Source of the DNA: Candidatus Heimdallarchaeota archaeon
Lineage (GTDB): Archaea > Asgardarchaeota > Heimdallarchaeia > Heimdallarchaeales > Heimdallarchaeaceae
Assembly (NCBI GenBank): GCA_021399395.1
Contig: JAAFKJ010000115.1
Span: 2,364 to 66,363 of the forward strand
DNA length: 64,000 bases
Direction: 5' to 3'
Of the stretch, positions 1 through 8,818 are shown piece by piece. Each line of letters begins with the position of its first letter. Position 1 is the stretch's first letter. The notes under the pieces are model-generated. The model worked only from the letters and a program-made list of their open reading frames with translations, did no database searches and was not told the origin of the DNA. The position numbers and the translations under genes were made by a program.

Positions 1-558
1 GTTATCGCTATGCATTCTGACGAGAAACCTTACGTCTGTGAAAAATGTGGTCGAGGGTTCGCCGATCCTAGTCACTTGTATAGACATGAGCAAGCTGAAG
101 CTTGCTGGTTTACAACTACTACAGCTTACAAGTGGGAAGAACTTTGTAAAGAGATAGCTGAGGTGTTACTAGCTGATGAAAAATGGAAATGGAAACCTAA
201 GATAGACACACCTGAATTAGAGGAACAGAGCTGGATTCAACCAGAAATAGTTGCATACTACGAAAATAATACGATAAGAATTATAGATGCGAAGAGGTCA
301 ACGTATGCTATATTCAAGGAGAAGGATCTGGTAGTCTATCCAAAGATGGCTGAGAAGGTGGAGTTCTGGTGTTTATATGGTAAAACTGAGGGAATGTTTG
401 AAGAAGAGGAAGGGATGGAAGCCAAGGGTAGTGAAGAGATTATAAGAGAATTGAAGAAAAAGATACATGAGAAGAATAGGGATATTGTTGATATTCTGAT
501 TATGAAGATTCAGTTGTTAAAGAAAGGTATTGCTTATGAAAATCAAACCATTCTGTGA
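1..558 (+). CDS. C-terminal part of a C2H2-type zinc-finger protein (5' end outside the window)
   Basis: Frame 1 is open from base 1 (VIAMHSDEKPYVCEKCGRGFADPSHLYRHEQAEAC). The spacing Y-x-C-x2-C-x3-F-x5-L-x2-H is preceded by an H-SDEKPY linker. The remaining ~150 aa are acidic/helical and unassigned. Confidence 0.6.
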   Translation, partial: VIAMHSDEKPYVCEKCGRGFADPSHLYRHEQAEACWFTTTTAYKWEELCKEIAEVLLADEKWKWKPKIDTPELEEQSWIQPEIVAYYENNTIRIIDAKRSTYAIFKEKDLVVYPKMAEKVEFWCLYGKTEGMFEEEEGMEAKGSEEIIRELKKKIHEKNRDIVDILIMKIQLLKKGIAYENQTIL

Positions 559-805
559 AAGAAAAGTGTAAGAATTTCAGAAAGAAGAAATATCATTATT
601 GTTTGATTTACTATTTTCTATTTGGAAATGAATTTGAGTAATTTCTCGTATTGCCAAACACGTTCCTTAGGATTAGGTTTAGCTAACGGAAAGATTGTGT
701 TGGTAGCCATCATCATAGCTTTAGTTACACTTTCTTTTTTTTCTATTTTCGCCTCTAAGCTAAGAAAAAGCTTGTTTCAATCCTCCCAGACAATACGCAC
801 ATGAA

Positions 806-815
806 TTTTTTTTTT
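806..815 (+). terminator. Oligo-T tract (T10), candidate archaeal terminator
   Basis: Uninterrupted run of ten T in the non-coding region downstream of the zinc-finger gene. Confidence 0.3.
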
Positions 816-965
816 GCTTAAAACTATCTCTCCATGCTATTGGAACATAATGAGTAGGTGGAAAGACTCTAGGTGGGTCTCATGCAATTTTTCATTACCG
901 TCGGTTAAACCATCGGGGTCGAAGGGATTTTTGTGCTAGATTTTTTGGTAATACTAGGAATGAAG

Positions 966-1005
966 GTAACTAGTAGTCTGATTTAGAAAGTAACTAGTAG
1001 TCTGA
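966..1005. repeat. Direct repeat, 2 x 16 nt (gtaactagtagtctga) separated by 8 nt
   Basis: Identical 16-mers at 966-981 and 990-1005. Each contains the palindrome actagt. Lies in a ~700 bp non-coding region. Confidence 0.8.
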
Positions 1006-1170
1006 CTTGAGTCTTCCTATTAATTCCCTTCATCAATTATACTGAAAAATGTGTAATTTAATTGGAATAATTAAACAAAAAACCTCTAAACGTAGTGACT
1101 AGAGGGCTTATATGACGTTTATAACAAATATTTTATTAGTTAATTACTTGTTTACTTGGTAAAACACCAC

Positions 1171-1190
1171 CTGCAACAACCTGCAACAAC
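1171..1190. repeat. Perfect tandem 10-mer (ctgcaacaac x2)
   Basis: Read directly from the sequence. The adjacent ttacttg is also duplicated at 1144-1158. About 85 bp upstream of the MBL-fold gene ATG. Confidence 0.8.
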
Positions 1191-1274
1191 TGAGTAATTT
1201 TGCCCGGTATTGAATAGGCACTGTTGTCCGAAAGTTTTTTCTATTGCTGTTTATTTCTCATTTTAGTGTATTTT

Positions 1275-2111
1275 ATGTCGATTGAAAAAGTCAAAGAGAA
1301 TGTTTATGCAATTACTGATGGGAGTACAAGAGGAAATGTTACCGCATATGTTTTACCAACTCAGATAGTTTTTGTTGATTCGGGTATGAATATACCACTC
1401 ATAAAGAAATTTAGAGAACATATTGAACAAGAAACAGGTAAGAAAGCTTCTGTTCTCTTAATAACTCATGAGCATGGAGATCATGTTTTCGGCAACCAGA
1501 TATTCAAGGATTGTGAAATTATTACTTCTGAATTTACCCATGAAGAAATGATTGTGTCAAAAGAGAAAAACTGGACACCAGAATCTATCGAAGAATGGAA
1601 GAAAAACGCTGAAGATCCCTCATCTTTGGATGGACTGGAGATAGTTCTTGCTACCAAAACATTTGCAGATGAATATGAAATAGTTGATGGCGATGTGAAA
1701 GTTATTGCCAAAAGAACTGGAGGTCACACAGAAGGTTCTAGTTATGTTTATTGCCCTAATTACAAAGTACTGTTTGCTGGTGACAATTTGTTCAACCATC
1801 AGTTTCCTTGGGGTGGACCACCTTCTGCTAATCCGATTAAATGGGTGGCAGCAATGAAGGAATATCTCTCACTAGATGTAGAACATTATATTCCGGGACA
1901 TGGTCAAATATCAAATGAAGAACCACTGAAGGAATTCTTGGATTATCTTGAGAAGGTTATCTCACTCATGAAGGAGCAAATTGCTGCAGGTAAGACTGAA
2001 GAAGAAACTCTAGAAGAAGCTGAGAAGATTGAATATTACCCTCCTCGAGAAGGAAGAGAACAGTGGAAAATTGCTACATTAAAGAAATGGTATGAAGTAT
2101 TAACGAGTTAA
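1275..2111 (+). CDS. Metallo-beta-lactamase-fold hydrolase
   Basis: H-x-H-x-D-H motif 'THEHGDHVFG' with later H/D ligands (GGHTEGS, FAGDNLF, PGHG). The ATG at 1275 is preferred over the upstream TTG of the ORF track. Confidence 0.8.
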   Translation: MSIEKVKENVYAITDGSTRGNVTAYVLPTQIVFVDSGMNIPLIKKFREHIEQETGKKASVLLITHEHGDHVFGNQIFKDCEIITSEFTHEEMIVSKEKNWTPESIEEWKKNAEDPSSLDGLEIVLATKTFADEYEIVDGDVKVIAKRTGGHTEGSSYVYCPNYKVLFAGDNLFNHQFPWGGPPSANPIKWVAAMKEYLSLDVEHYIPGHGQISNEEPLKEFLDYLEKVISLMKEQIAAGKTEEETLEEAEKIEYYPPREGREQWKIATLKKWYEVLTS

Positions 2112-2148
2112 TTCTTTCTCTATTTCTTGTTTCCTATATTTTTTAGAT

Positions 2149-3033
2149 TTAGTGTTCAAAATCCTTAAACATTATGATTATAACGGAACCAGGTCCAGTA
2201 AAACAATAGGTGATTCCACTCATGGGAACTATATCATAGAAATGCACCGCTGGATATTGTTCGATTAAAGAGCGTTTTGCAAGAATTGATCCTTTTTCCG
2301 CATTTCCAGATATAATGTAACACCCTAAGTCATCAAAATGCTTCATCCTGTCATAAGCGCGATTTACTATGCTTTCAACTGCTTCATCGTATGATTTTGC
2401 TTGATGAAACGAGTTTATTTCACCTTCTTTTGTTCCCTCCAAACAAGGATAGATATTTAGAAGAGATCCCATGAAATACTTGACTAAACCTATTCGACCA
2501 CTCCTTTGTAAGAATTTTAGGTTTTCAAAAGTAAAGGTTGTAGTTAATTCTTTAGTTTTAAAATGATTCAACATTGTAATTACTTTGTCAATAGGGTGCC
2601 CTTCATCCAATAGTTTGGCTGCTTTGATAACTGAAATACCGACACCAAAAGATCCTTCTTTTGAATCATATTGATGAAAATTGCACTTTCCCCCCTTCTT
2701 TTGATATCGGTTGATACTCGCTTTTACTGTATTTACAATCCCAGTTCCTCTGGAAGTCATATTTACAATAAACAAATCACTGTATCCCTCTCCCTCTAGA
2801 ATATTAAATGTATCAACAAAATATCCGATGCTAGGTTGATTGGGTTTAGGGTTTTTCTTATCTGAATGAACTCTTCTTAGAAATTCATCATCTGTAACAT
2901 CTCTTGGATAAACTAGAATTTCATCTGTATCTGGAAATTCTACTGGTACTTGGATAGTCTGAATATTATATCTATTAATCAATTTCTTAGGGATATCTGC
3001 TGCTATGTTTGAAAGGATAGCAGTTTTGATCAT
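2149..3033 (-). CDS. DegV-family (fatty-acid-binding type) protein
   Basis: Layout matches the DegV consensus: 'NQPSIGYFVDTF', 'TSRGTGIVNTVKAS' and 'YDSKEGSFGVGISVIKAAKLLDEG'. The N-terminal DS-x-x-D motif is divergent. Confidence 0.6.
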   Translation of the reverse strand: MIKTAILSNIAADIPKKLINRYNIQTIQVPVEFPDTDEILVYPRDVTDDEFLRRVHSDKKNPKPNQPSIGYFVDTFNILEGEGYSDLFIVNMTSRGTGIVNTVKASINRYQKKGGKCNFHQYDSKEGSFGVGISVIKAAKLLDEGHPIDKVITMLNHFKTKELTTTFTFENLKFLQRSGRIGLVKYFMGSLLNIYPCLEGTKEGEINSFHQAKSYDEAVESIVNRAYDRMKHFDDLGCYIISGNAEKGSILAKRSLIEQYPAVHFYDIVPMSGITYCFTGPGSVIIIMFKDFEH

Positions 3034-3176
3034 AAATTAGATTGTACTTTCACTATTAAAAATGTAATTTAGAGGGTATCTATAAACTTTTGAAAATACT
3101 AGTATCTGCACAATAGATTGAAAATAGACATTGTTATTTAAAATAAATTTATAATGCAACGCCATAATTACAGATT

Positions 3177-4973
3177 ATGGGTTATGCTGGAATTACTTTT
3201 CTATTATTTGTAGCCTATGTACCCCTTATTTGGATAATTTTTCGAATAAAACAAAGAAACAAAGTTTTGGGATACCTCTCTTCGGGTGTATTTGCTCTGT
3301 TGCTGTTGGGTGTATGGGTTGTTGGATTTCTTAATCGTACAATGATGGTAGGTGCTATTGAACATTTGATATTAGTAGGATCTATAAACACAATCCTAGT
3401 TCTGATATTCGAACTGACGATAAACAAAATTAATATCATAATGAGGTTAAAACGAAGAAAGAAATCATTTGTTTCTATCGCGGTTTTAATATTGGTCATC
3501 ATAATCGCTGGACACTCACTATTAGGTATAAGAAAAACAATGTTAAGTGCAAGACACTTCGAATCTATGGTAACATATGATTCTACAGATTTGCCCTTTA
3601 TTGTGCTAAATGAGGAAGCTGAGATCGATAATAACATAAGACTTGTTACAAAGGAATTTGCGATTAGTAAAGCAGAACAAAACAAAGCAACTTTTGGTTC
3701 TAATGCAGACTTAATGGAAGCCAATGTAATTTATGTAAATGAATCAATTTATTGGTGTATGATTTATGCCCCAAAGTCTTCTGCGCAGTTCTGGACACCA
3801 GGACAATTCAATCTAGCTTGGGGTCTAATTCTTGTAGAGGTTAACAATCCAAATGCTGAACCGATAATTGTTAACTTTGCTGAGGGGGATTTCAACTATG
3901 CTGAAGGTCTTTGGCGCAATCACAATGTTATTCTGAAAAACTATCGGCGTGATCAAGGAGCAAAATATTGGCGCTCCTATCCGACATGGACAGGAACAGA
4001 ATGGGTATATGTTATGACCCGAACAACACGAGATGTTTATGGTGCGTGGAAATCAGACGGTATTGATGTTCTTGATATCAAAACTGGTGGTTTAATAATA
4101 CATTATTCTGTAGACGAATTAGAAACAACCCCCGATTACATTCTACAAATCTATTCTGAAGTTTTGATTGAAGAAAAATGGATTATTAACTGGGGAAATA
4201 AGAGAGATACAACTGCTGAAGGTAATATACGATTACTCAGCGGATTCCCTAATTACAGTTCAGATCGGTTAGGCTTCTATGGTGAAGGTATAGAGGATAT
4301 CAGATATGTTAAATTTATGAATTCAACTTTAGCGTTCTTCGCTACTCATCCAAAAGATTCTGAAGAAACACTCGGTGGTATTGGCGTCATAAGGAAAAAT
4401 GGTACAAGATTCTATGATTTGAGAAGTAGAGGTTTTATTTCTGCCCTTACCGTATCTAAACTAGCAAGAGGGCAACTTACTGCTCCCAATACTGGTAGTT
4501 ACATTGTCCAAATGCCGGTGCCTTATACACTTAATACATCTATAGGTTTTAGACTTGCATGGTTTGTACCAATATATTGGCAAAGCGGTTCTGTACAACG
4601 ATTATCTCATGTTTGTGTTATCGATGCATTAGATTCAAGTTATATTTCTATAGCTGAAGCAGAAGGCTTGACTGGTTCTCAAGTAGTCAAAGAAGCACGA
4701 TTACAGTTCAAATCATTCTTCGCCTCAGAGATACCTCAGCAAGAATTTGAGATTGCTCAGATTGATGATGCAGGAACTTATGTAGATGGTGGAAATAGCA
4801 TATTCGTGTTTCAACTCAATGATTCGCGAATAATTCGTTGTTCCCAAAATTATCTCAATGAGACACATTGGAATGAAGTAGTTTTGGCTAATATTGGGAA
4901 TGTAATTCAATATACTTATACAGAAGATGATGAAGGTATATTGTGGGCAACTGAATTCTTTGTGATATCCTAA
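3177..4973 (+). CDS. Membrane protein: ~4 N-terminal TM helices plus a large extracytoplasmic domain, function unknown
   Basis: 598-aa ORF with hydrophobic segments in the first ~120 aa. The long soluble region is W/Y-rich and carries several N-x-S/T sequons. Confidence 0.6.
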   Translation: MGYAGITFLLFVAYVPLIWIIFRIKQRNKVLGYLSSGVFALLLLGVWVVGFLNRTMMVGAIEHLILVGSINTILVLIFELTINKINIIMRLKRRKKSFVSIAVLILVIIIAGHSLLGIRKTMLSARHFESMVTYDSTDLPFIVLNEEAEIDNNIRLVTKEFAISKAEQNKATFGSNADLMEANVIYVNESIYWCMIYAPKSSAQFWTPGQFNLAWGLILVEVNNPNAEPIIVNFAEGDFNYAEGLWRNHNVILKNYRRDQGAKYWRSYPTWTGTEWVYVMTRTTRDVYGAWKSDGIDVLDIKTGGLIIHYSVDELETTPDYILQIYSEVLIEEKWIINWGNKRDTTAEGNIRLLSGFPNYSSDRLGFYGEGIEDIRYVKFMNSTLAFFATHPKDSEETLGGIGVIRKNGTRFYDLRSRGFISALTVSKLARGQLTAPNTGSYIVQMPVPYTLNTSIGFRLAWFVPIYWQSGSVQRLSHVCVIDALDSSYISIAEAEGLTGSQVVKEARLQFKSFFASEIPQQEFEIAQIDDAGTYVDGGNSIFVFQLNDSRIIRCSQNYLNETHWNEVVLANIGNVIQYTYTEDDEGILWATEFFVIS

Positions 4974-5044
4974 TTTCCCTTCTTTTTCTTATTTTTAATT
5001 TTTAAGTATAATTTATTAATTAGAGATTACTAATAGTTGTTGCA

Positions 5045-6067
5045 ATGAACAATGAGACCAAAAAATTCGATTTAGTTAGCTTGGGTTCATGTACTATGGA
5101 TATGATTTTTTCTGTTGATGATTTGATGAAAATGGAACTAACAGGTAAAAATCAAGCTGAAAAGAAGTATATTGCAATTGAATATTCATCAAAACTAAAT
5201 GTAAAGAATGTAAAATTCTTTCCTGGAGGATCCGCAGCAAATGTTGCGTGTAATCTAGCAAATATTGGATTTAAATCTGCTTTTATTGGGGGAGTTGGGG
5301 ATGATATGAATGGAAATGCTTGCTTAGAAGATATGAAGAATCACAAAGTAGATGTTACTGGTGTTAAAATCTTCAAAGAAGAATCCACAGCTATATCTAT
5401 TATCTTGATAACTCCGTGGGGAAAAGATAGATCTATTTTAGCTTACAAAGGCGCGAATAATCTCTTTACACAAGAAGATATAGTTGAAGATATGTTATTG
5501 TCTACAAAATGTTTTGTTTGGACTTCTCTTACATCAGATAATGGAATAGGAGCTATTGAAAAATGTATCAAATTAACAAAATCAACAGGTGGTCTGATTG
5601 TGGGTGCACCTTCTATTTCTATAATCAAAAATCGTTTAGAAGATACTACCAATCTCATGAAGAACAGCGAAATAGCAAGCATGAATGAAGAAGAGTTAAT
5701 GGCACTAACTGGAGAGAAAAATATTCTCAAAGGAATGAAAGTATTATTTGGCTGGGGGATAAGAATTGTTAACATAACTTTCGGAAAAGAAGGTCAATGG
5801 TTGAGTGATGGCAAGACACTTATCAAAACACGTGCTCCTAAAACCTTTCTTGAAGATACAACAGGAGCTGGAGATGCGACTTTGAGTGGTATAATATATG
5901 GCGTTCTTAAGAAAAAGTCTTTACAAGAAACTTCTAAACTTGCAGCTGCTTTGAGTGCCATGGAAATTGAAGCCACTGGAGTTAGGGTTGGAATGCCAAT
6001 CCAACTTTCTGAACTTGAGAATTTCATGAATAAACATGAGATTATACAAGAAAAGATTGATTTCTAG
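5045..6067 (+). CDS. PfkB/ribokinase-family carbohydrate kinase
   Basis: 'GGSAANVA' N-terminal motif and the C-terminal 'DTTGAGDA' PfkB signature. Confidence 0.85.
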   Translation: MNNETKKFDLVSLGSCTMDMIFSVDDLMKMELTGKNQAEKKYIAIEYSSKLNVKNVKFFPGGSAANVACNLANIGFKSAFIGGVGDDMNGNACLEDMKNHKVDVTGVKIFKEESTAISIILITPWGKDRSILAYKGANNLFTQEDIVEDMLLSTKCFVWTSLTSDNGIGAIEKCIKLTKSTGGLIVGAPSISIIKNRLEDTTNLMKNSEIASMNEEELMALTGEKNILKGMKVLFGWGIRIVNITFGKEGQWLSDGKTLIKTRAPKTFLEDTTGAGDATLSGIIYGVLKKKSLQETSKLAAALSAMEIEATGVRVGMPIQLSELENFMNKHEIIQEKIDF

Positions 6068-6105
6068 AAAAAACTTAAAGTGTTTGTTTTTCTCTTATAT
6101 TTTAT

Positions 6106-6807
6106 ATGACCATTCCTACAGCTACTCCCTCTGAATTACCTATAAACTGTATTGCGGATGAAAATTCAAATTGTGCAGAATGTGATCTTGAAGGAGAGTT
6201 AATTTGCTTTGTAAATAAGAATTTTGCAAATAAATTTACTATAGGAAACATTATTTATCGCATATTAGCAATAACGATTTTCATATTTTCAGGTCTTTTG
6301 ATTGGTCATTGGTGGATGTTGATATCATATTCTATTGTACTTTTAATAACTTTCACGATTCTAGAACCTCGCTTATTATGCAGCCATTGTCCATTTTATG
6401 AAAAGAAGGGAAAGTGTTTGAAGTGCTGGGCTCTTAGAGGTATGCCAAAAATGTGGAAGTATAGACCTGAACCAATGAGTAAATCTGAAAAAATACTCAT
6501 GCTGATATTTGGGAGTTTCATAGACTTATTCCCAATTGTAGGTGCAGCTTGGGGTATGACAGTTTTTGGGTTAAATTATACCAATCCTGACCTATTATTT
6601 GCTGGAGTGGCAATTGTAATTTGTACTTTTCTTTTTATGATAGTAGCAGGATACTTTTCACGAGTTTTACTTGGTAATGCTTGTAAACGATGTGCTAATT
6701 TTTCTTGTTCTATGAATAAAGTACCAAAAGAATTGGTCGATAAATTCCTTGAAAAAAATCCAAAAATGAAAGAATCTTGGCTTGCTTATGGTTGGCAAAC
6801 AGACTAA
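6106..6807 (+). CDS. Cys-rich integral membrane protein, unknown function
   Basis: About 4 TM helices are interleaved with cysteine clusters (C-x8-C-x2-C-x8-C; CSHCPFYEKKGKCLKC; CKRCANFSC). Confidence 0.5.
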   Translation: MTIPTATPSELPINCIADENSNCAECDLEGELICFVNKNFANKFTIGNIIYRILAITIFIFSGLLIGHWWMLISYSIVLLITFTILEPRLLCSHCPFYEKKGKCLKCWALRGMPKMWKYRPEPMSKSEKILMLIFGSFIDLFPIVGAAWGMTVFGLNYTNPDLLFAGVAIVICTFLFMIVAGYFSRVLLGNACKRCANFSCSMNKVPKELVDKFLEKNPKMKESWLAYGWQTD

Positions 6808-6902
6808 TAATTAGACTTTAATCTCTTTTCTCAATCTTTTTAAGGAAAACATCGAAACCTCTTCATGATATTAAATCTACTCCTAATAATCAGTTGATTC
6901 AA

Positions 6903-7874
6903 ATGGATTCCCAAGCAAAATTCGATCTAATTAAACGCAATACAGAAGAGATTGTAACAGAAGAAGAATTGAAAACCATCTTAGAAACCAAAAGCAAACC
7001 TAATGTCTATACTGGTTACGAACCAAGTGGTCCCGTGCATATCGGTCATGCGGTCACCGTAATGAAACTCAAGGATATGGAAGCAGCTGGTTTTCACATT
7101 AAGATTCTCCTAGCTGATGTTCATGCTCTCTTAAACAAGAAAGGGACAGAAGAGGAAATAGCCCAACAATGCGTTCTATGGGAAAAAGCTATGAATGCTT
7201 TAGGATTGAAAAATCCTGAAATTGTTTTAGGGAGTGATTTTCAATATACAAAAGAGTATATTAGAGAATTGCATAAACTTGCTTTAAGGACTTCGATAAA
7301 AAGAGGTCTGCGTTCAATGCAAGAAGTAGCTCGAGATATAGATAATGCTACTGTTTCTCAAATGATCTACCCCTTAATGCAAACTCTAGATATCAAATAT
7401 CTTGATCTAGATGCTGCCCAAGGTGGGATGGAACAAAGAAAGATTCATATGTTAGCTAGAGAACTTTTCCCTTCTGAACTTGATATACCATCGCCAACTT
7501 GTGTTCATACACCACTTATTTCCGCGTTGACAGGACCTGGTTCAAAAATGTCTTCTTCCATCCCCGAATCTATGATTTCTGTTACAGATTCAGAAGAAGA
7601 GATAATGAGAAAAATGAAAAAAGCATACTGTCCAGCAAAAATCATAGAAGAAAATCCAGTTCTTCAAATTGCTAGACTAATTGTCTTCCCTAATACTAAA
7701 TCCTTGAAAATTGAAAGACCTGAGAAGTTCGGTGGAGATCTTCAGTTTGGTAACTATGCAGAAATAGAAAGTGTTTATCAAGATGGTGGATTACACCCCC
7801 TTGATCTGAAAAAAGCTGTAGCAAAAGAATTAGCTTCGATTTTTGCTCCTGTAAAGAATGTTTTTAAAAAATAG
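6903..7874 (+). CDS. tyrS: Tyrosyl-tRNA synthetase (archaeal/eukaryotic type)
   Basis: Class I HIGH motif 'GPVHIGHA' and KMSKS-like 'SKMSSS'. Length is typical of archaeal TyrRS. ATG at 6903, with a TTG at 6894 also possible. Confidence 0.9.
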   Translation: MDSQAKFDLIKRNTEEIVTEEELKTILETKSKPNVYTGYEPSGPVHIGHAVTVMKLKDMEAAGFHIKILLADVHALLNKKGTEEEIAQQCVLWEKAMNALGLKNPEIVLGSDFQYTKEYIRELHKLALRTSIKRGLRSMQEVARDIDNATVSQMIYPLMQTLDIKYLDLDAAQGGMEQRKIHMLARELFPSELDIPSPTCVHTPLISALTGPGSKMSSSIPESMISVTDSEEEIMRKMKKAYCPAKIIEENPVLQIARLIVFPNTKSLKIERPEKFGGDLQFGNYAEIESVYQDGGLHPLDLKKAVAKELASIFAPVKNVFKK

Positions 7875-7961
7875 TAGGGGATTTTCCTCTCTATTTATTT
7901 ATTCAGTTTCAAATATGTCCCCAAAGTGTTTTTAAGTTGTTCTTTTTCTTTTTTTCTTAGT

Positions 7962-8774
7962 ATGACAAAATCATTAGATGAAGTTCTGAATTCTTTAGGG
8001 GATATTTGTGATAAAGCAGTAAAAAACTCTGAAAACTACGGTATTGAATTTGGAACTTTTTCTCCCCACAAATTGAAGGCAACCAATGTGAAATGCATCG
8101 TTACATCACCATTAATGAACCTGAAACTTGTACATTTTATGAAAGAGAATAATGCTACTCTAGCTATTACCCTTCTTCCTCTTTCAATAACACAAACAAA
8201 ATTCCCTCTCATAGAAAGAGACTTTGAACTGCTCAAAGCTCTGGTAACAAATAACATCAAAACCATCTTATTACCAGATGAATGGATTTACTCACTACAA
8301 GGTAGCTTTGCTTATTTCTTACAAACTTTAGGACTTACTAATGCAGATACAGACGAGGTTACAGGGATTGGTGGTTCATCTATAATCAATTGGGAAATTC
8401 AATCAATAAGTTTCAATGATTTTCTTGCTAATCTAGGGCACTTGAATAAGAAATGGATGGCTTATCCCTTTGCATCGGAAGATTCTAACTTATCGTTCAT
8501 TTTAGAAAGAGATGATTTGTCCTTAAAAGAACTAGAGCTCTTACGAAACGAGGGTGTTAATACCATTGTGAGTTTTAAAATCGATTCTAAAAAGCTTCAA
8601 ATGTATCAAAGCAATAAACTGAATTTCATCTACATTCCTTATGTTGATTATTGTAATATTGCTTTACGTAAATTCTCACAAGTTTTACAGCTTGAAGTAG
8701 GAGAGCAAGTTCTGTTCAAGCCTTTTGAAACAAAAGATGGTATAAATTATACTGATTATCAAAACAAAAACTAA
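7962..8774 (+). CDS. NIF3/DUF34-like protein with degenerate metal-binding motifs
   Basis: Colinear with NIF3 (YbgI-type) architecture. The positions of the conserved HH, H-x-x-x-D and HH-x-x-E ligands read 'TLLPL', 'LLPDEW' and 'IPYVDYC'. Confidence 0.4.
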   Translation: MTKSLDEVLNSLGDICDKAVKNSENYGIEFGTFSPHKLKATNVKCIVTSPLMNLKLVHFMKENNATLAITLLPLSITQTKFPLIERDFELLKALVTNNIKTILLPDEWIYSLQGSFAYFLQTLGLTNADTDEVTGIGGSSIINWEIQSISFNDFLANLGHLNKKWMAYPFASEDSNLSFILERDDLSLKELELLRNEGVNTIVSFKIDSKKLQMYQSNKLNFIYIPYVDYCNIALRKFSQVLQLEVGEQVLFKPFETKDGINYTDYQNKN

Positions 8775-8818
8775 TAATATCTAAAATTGTTTCACAAATT
8801 AGTTGATGAGGGGTTAAC

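Noticed and set aside
622-804. 60-codon TTG-initiated ORF with one hydrophobic segment
   Set aside because: It has no ATG start, no recognisable motif and a size exactly at the cut-off. The T10 tract after it could equally terminate the upstream zinc-finger gene. It cannot be excluded as a small membrane protein, but it is not supportable from sequence alone.
820-960. Possible tRNA or other small RNA in the slightly G+C-richer patch
   Set aside because: I found no acceptor stem or T-loop (GTTCRANNC) pattern. Only 3-4 bp complementarities are present.
3215-3724. 169-aa ORF antisense to the 598-aa membrane protein gene
   Set aside because: It lies entirely inside a longer, better-supported ORF on the other strand. 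Its S/I/N/T-rich, low-complexity translation is typical of antisense reading in AT-rich DNA.
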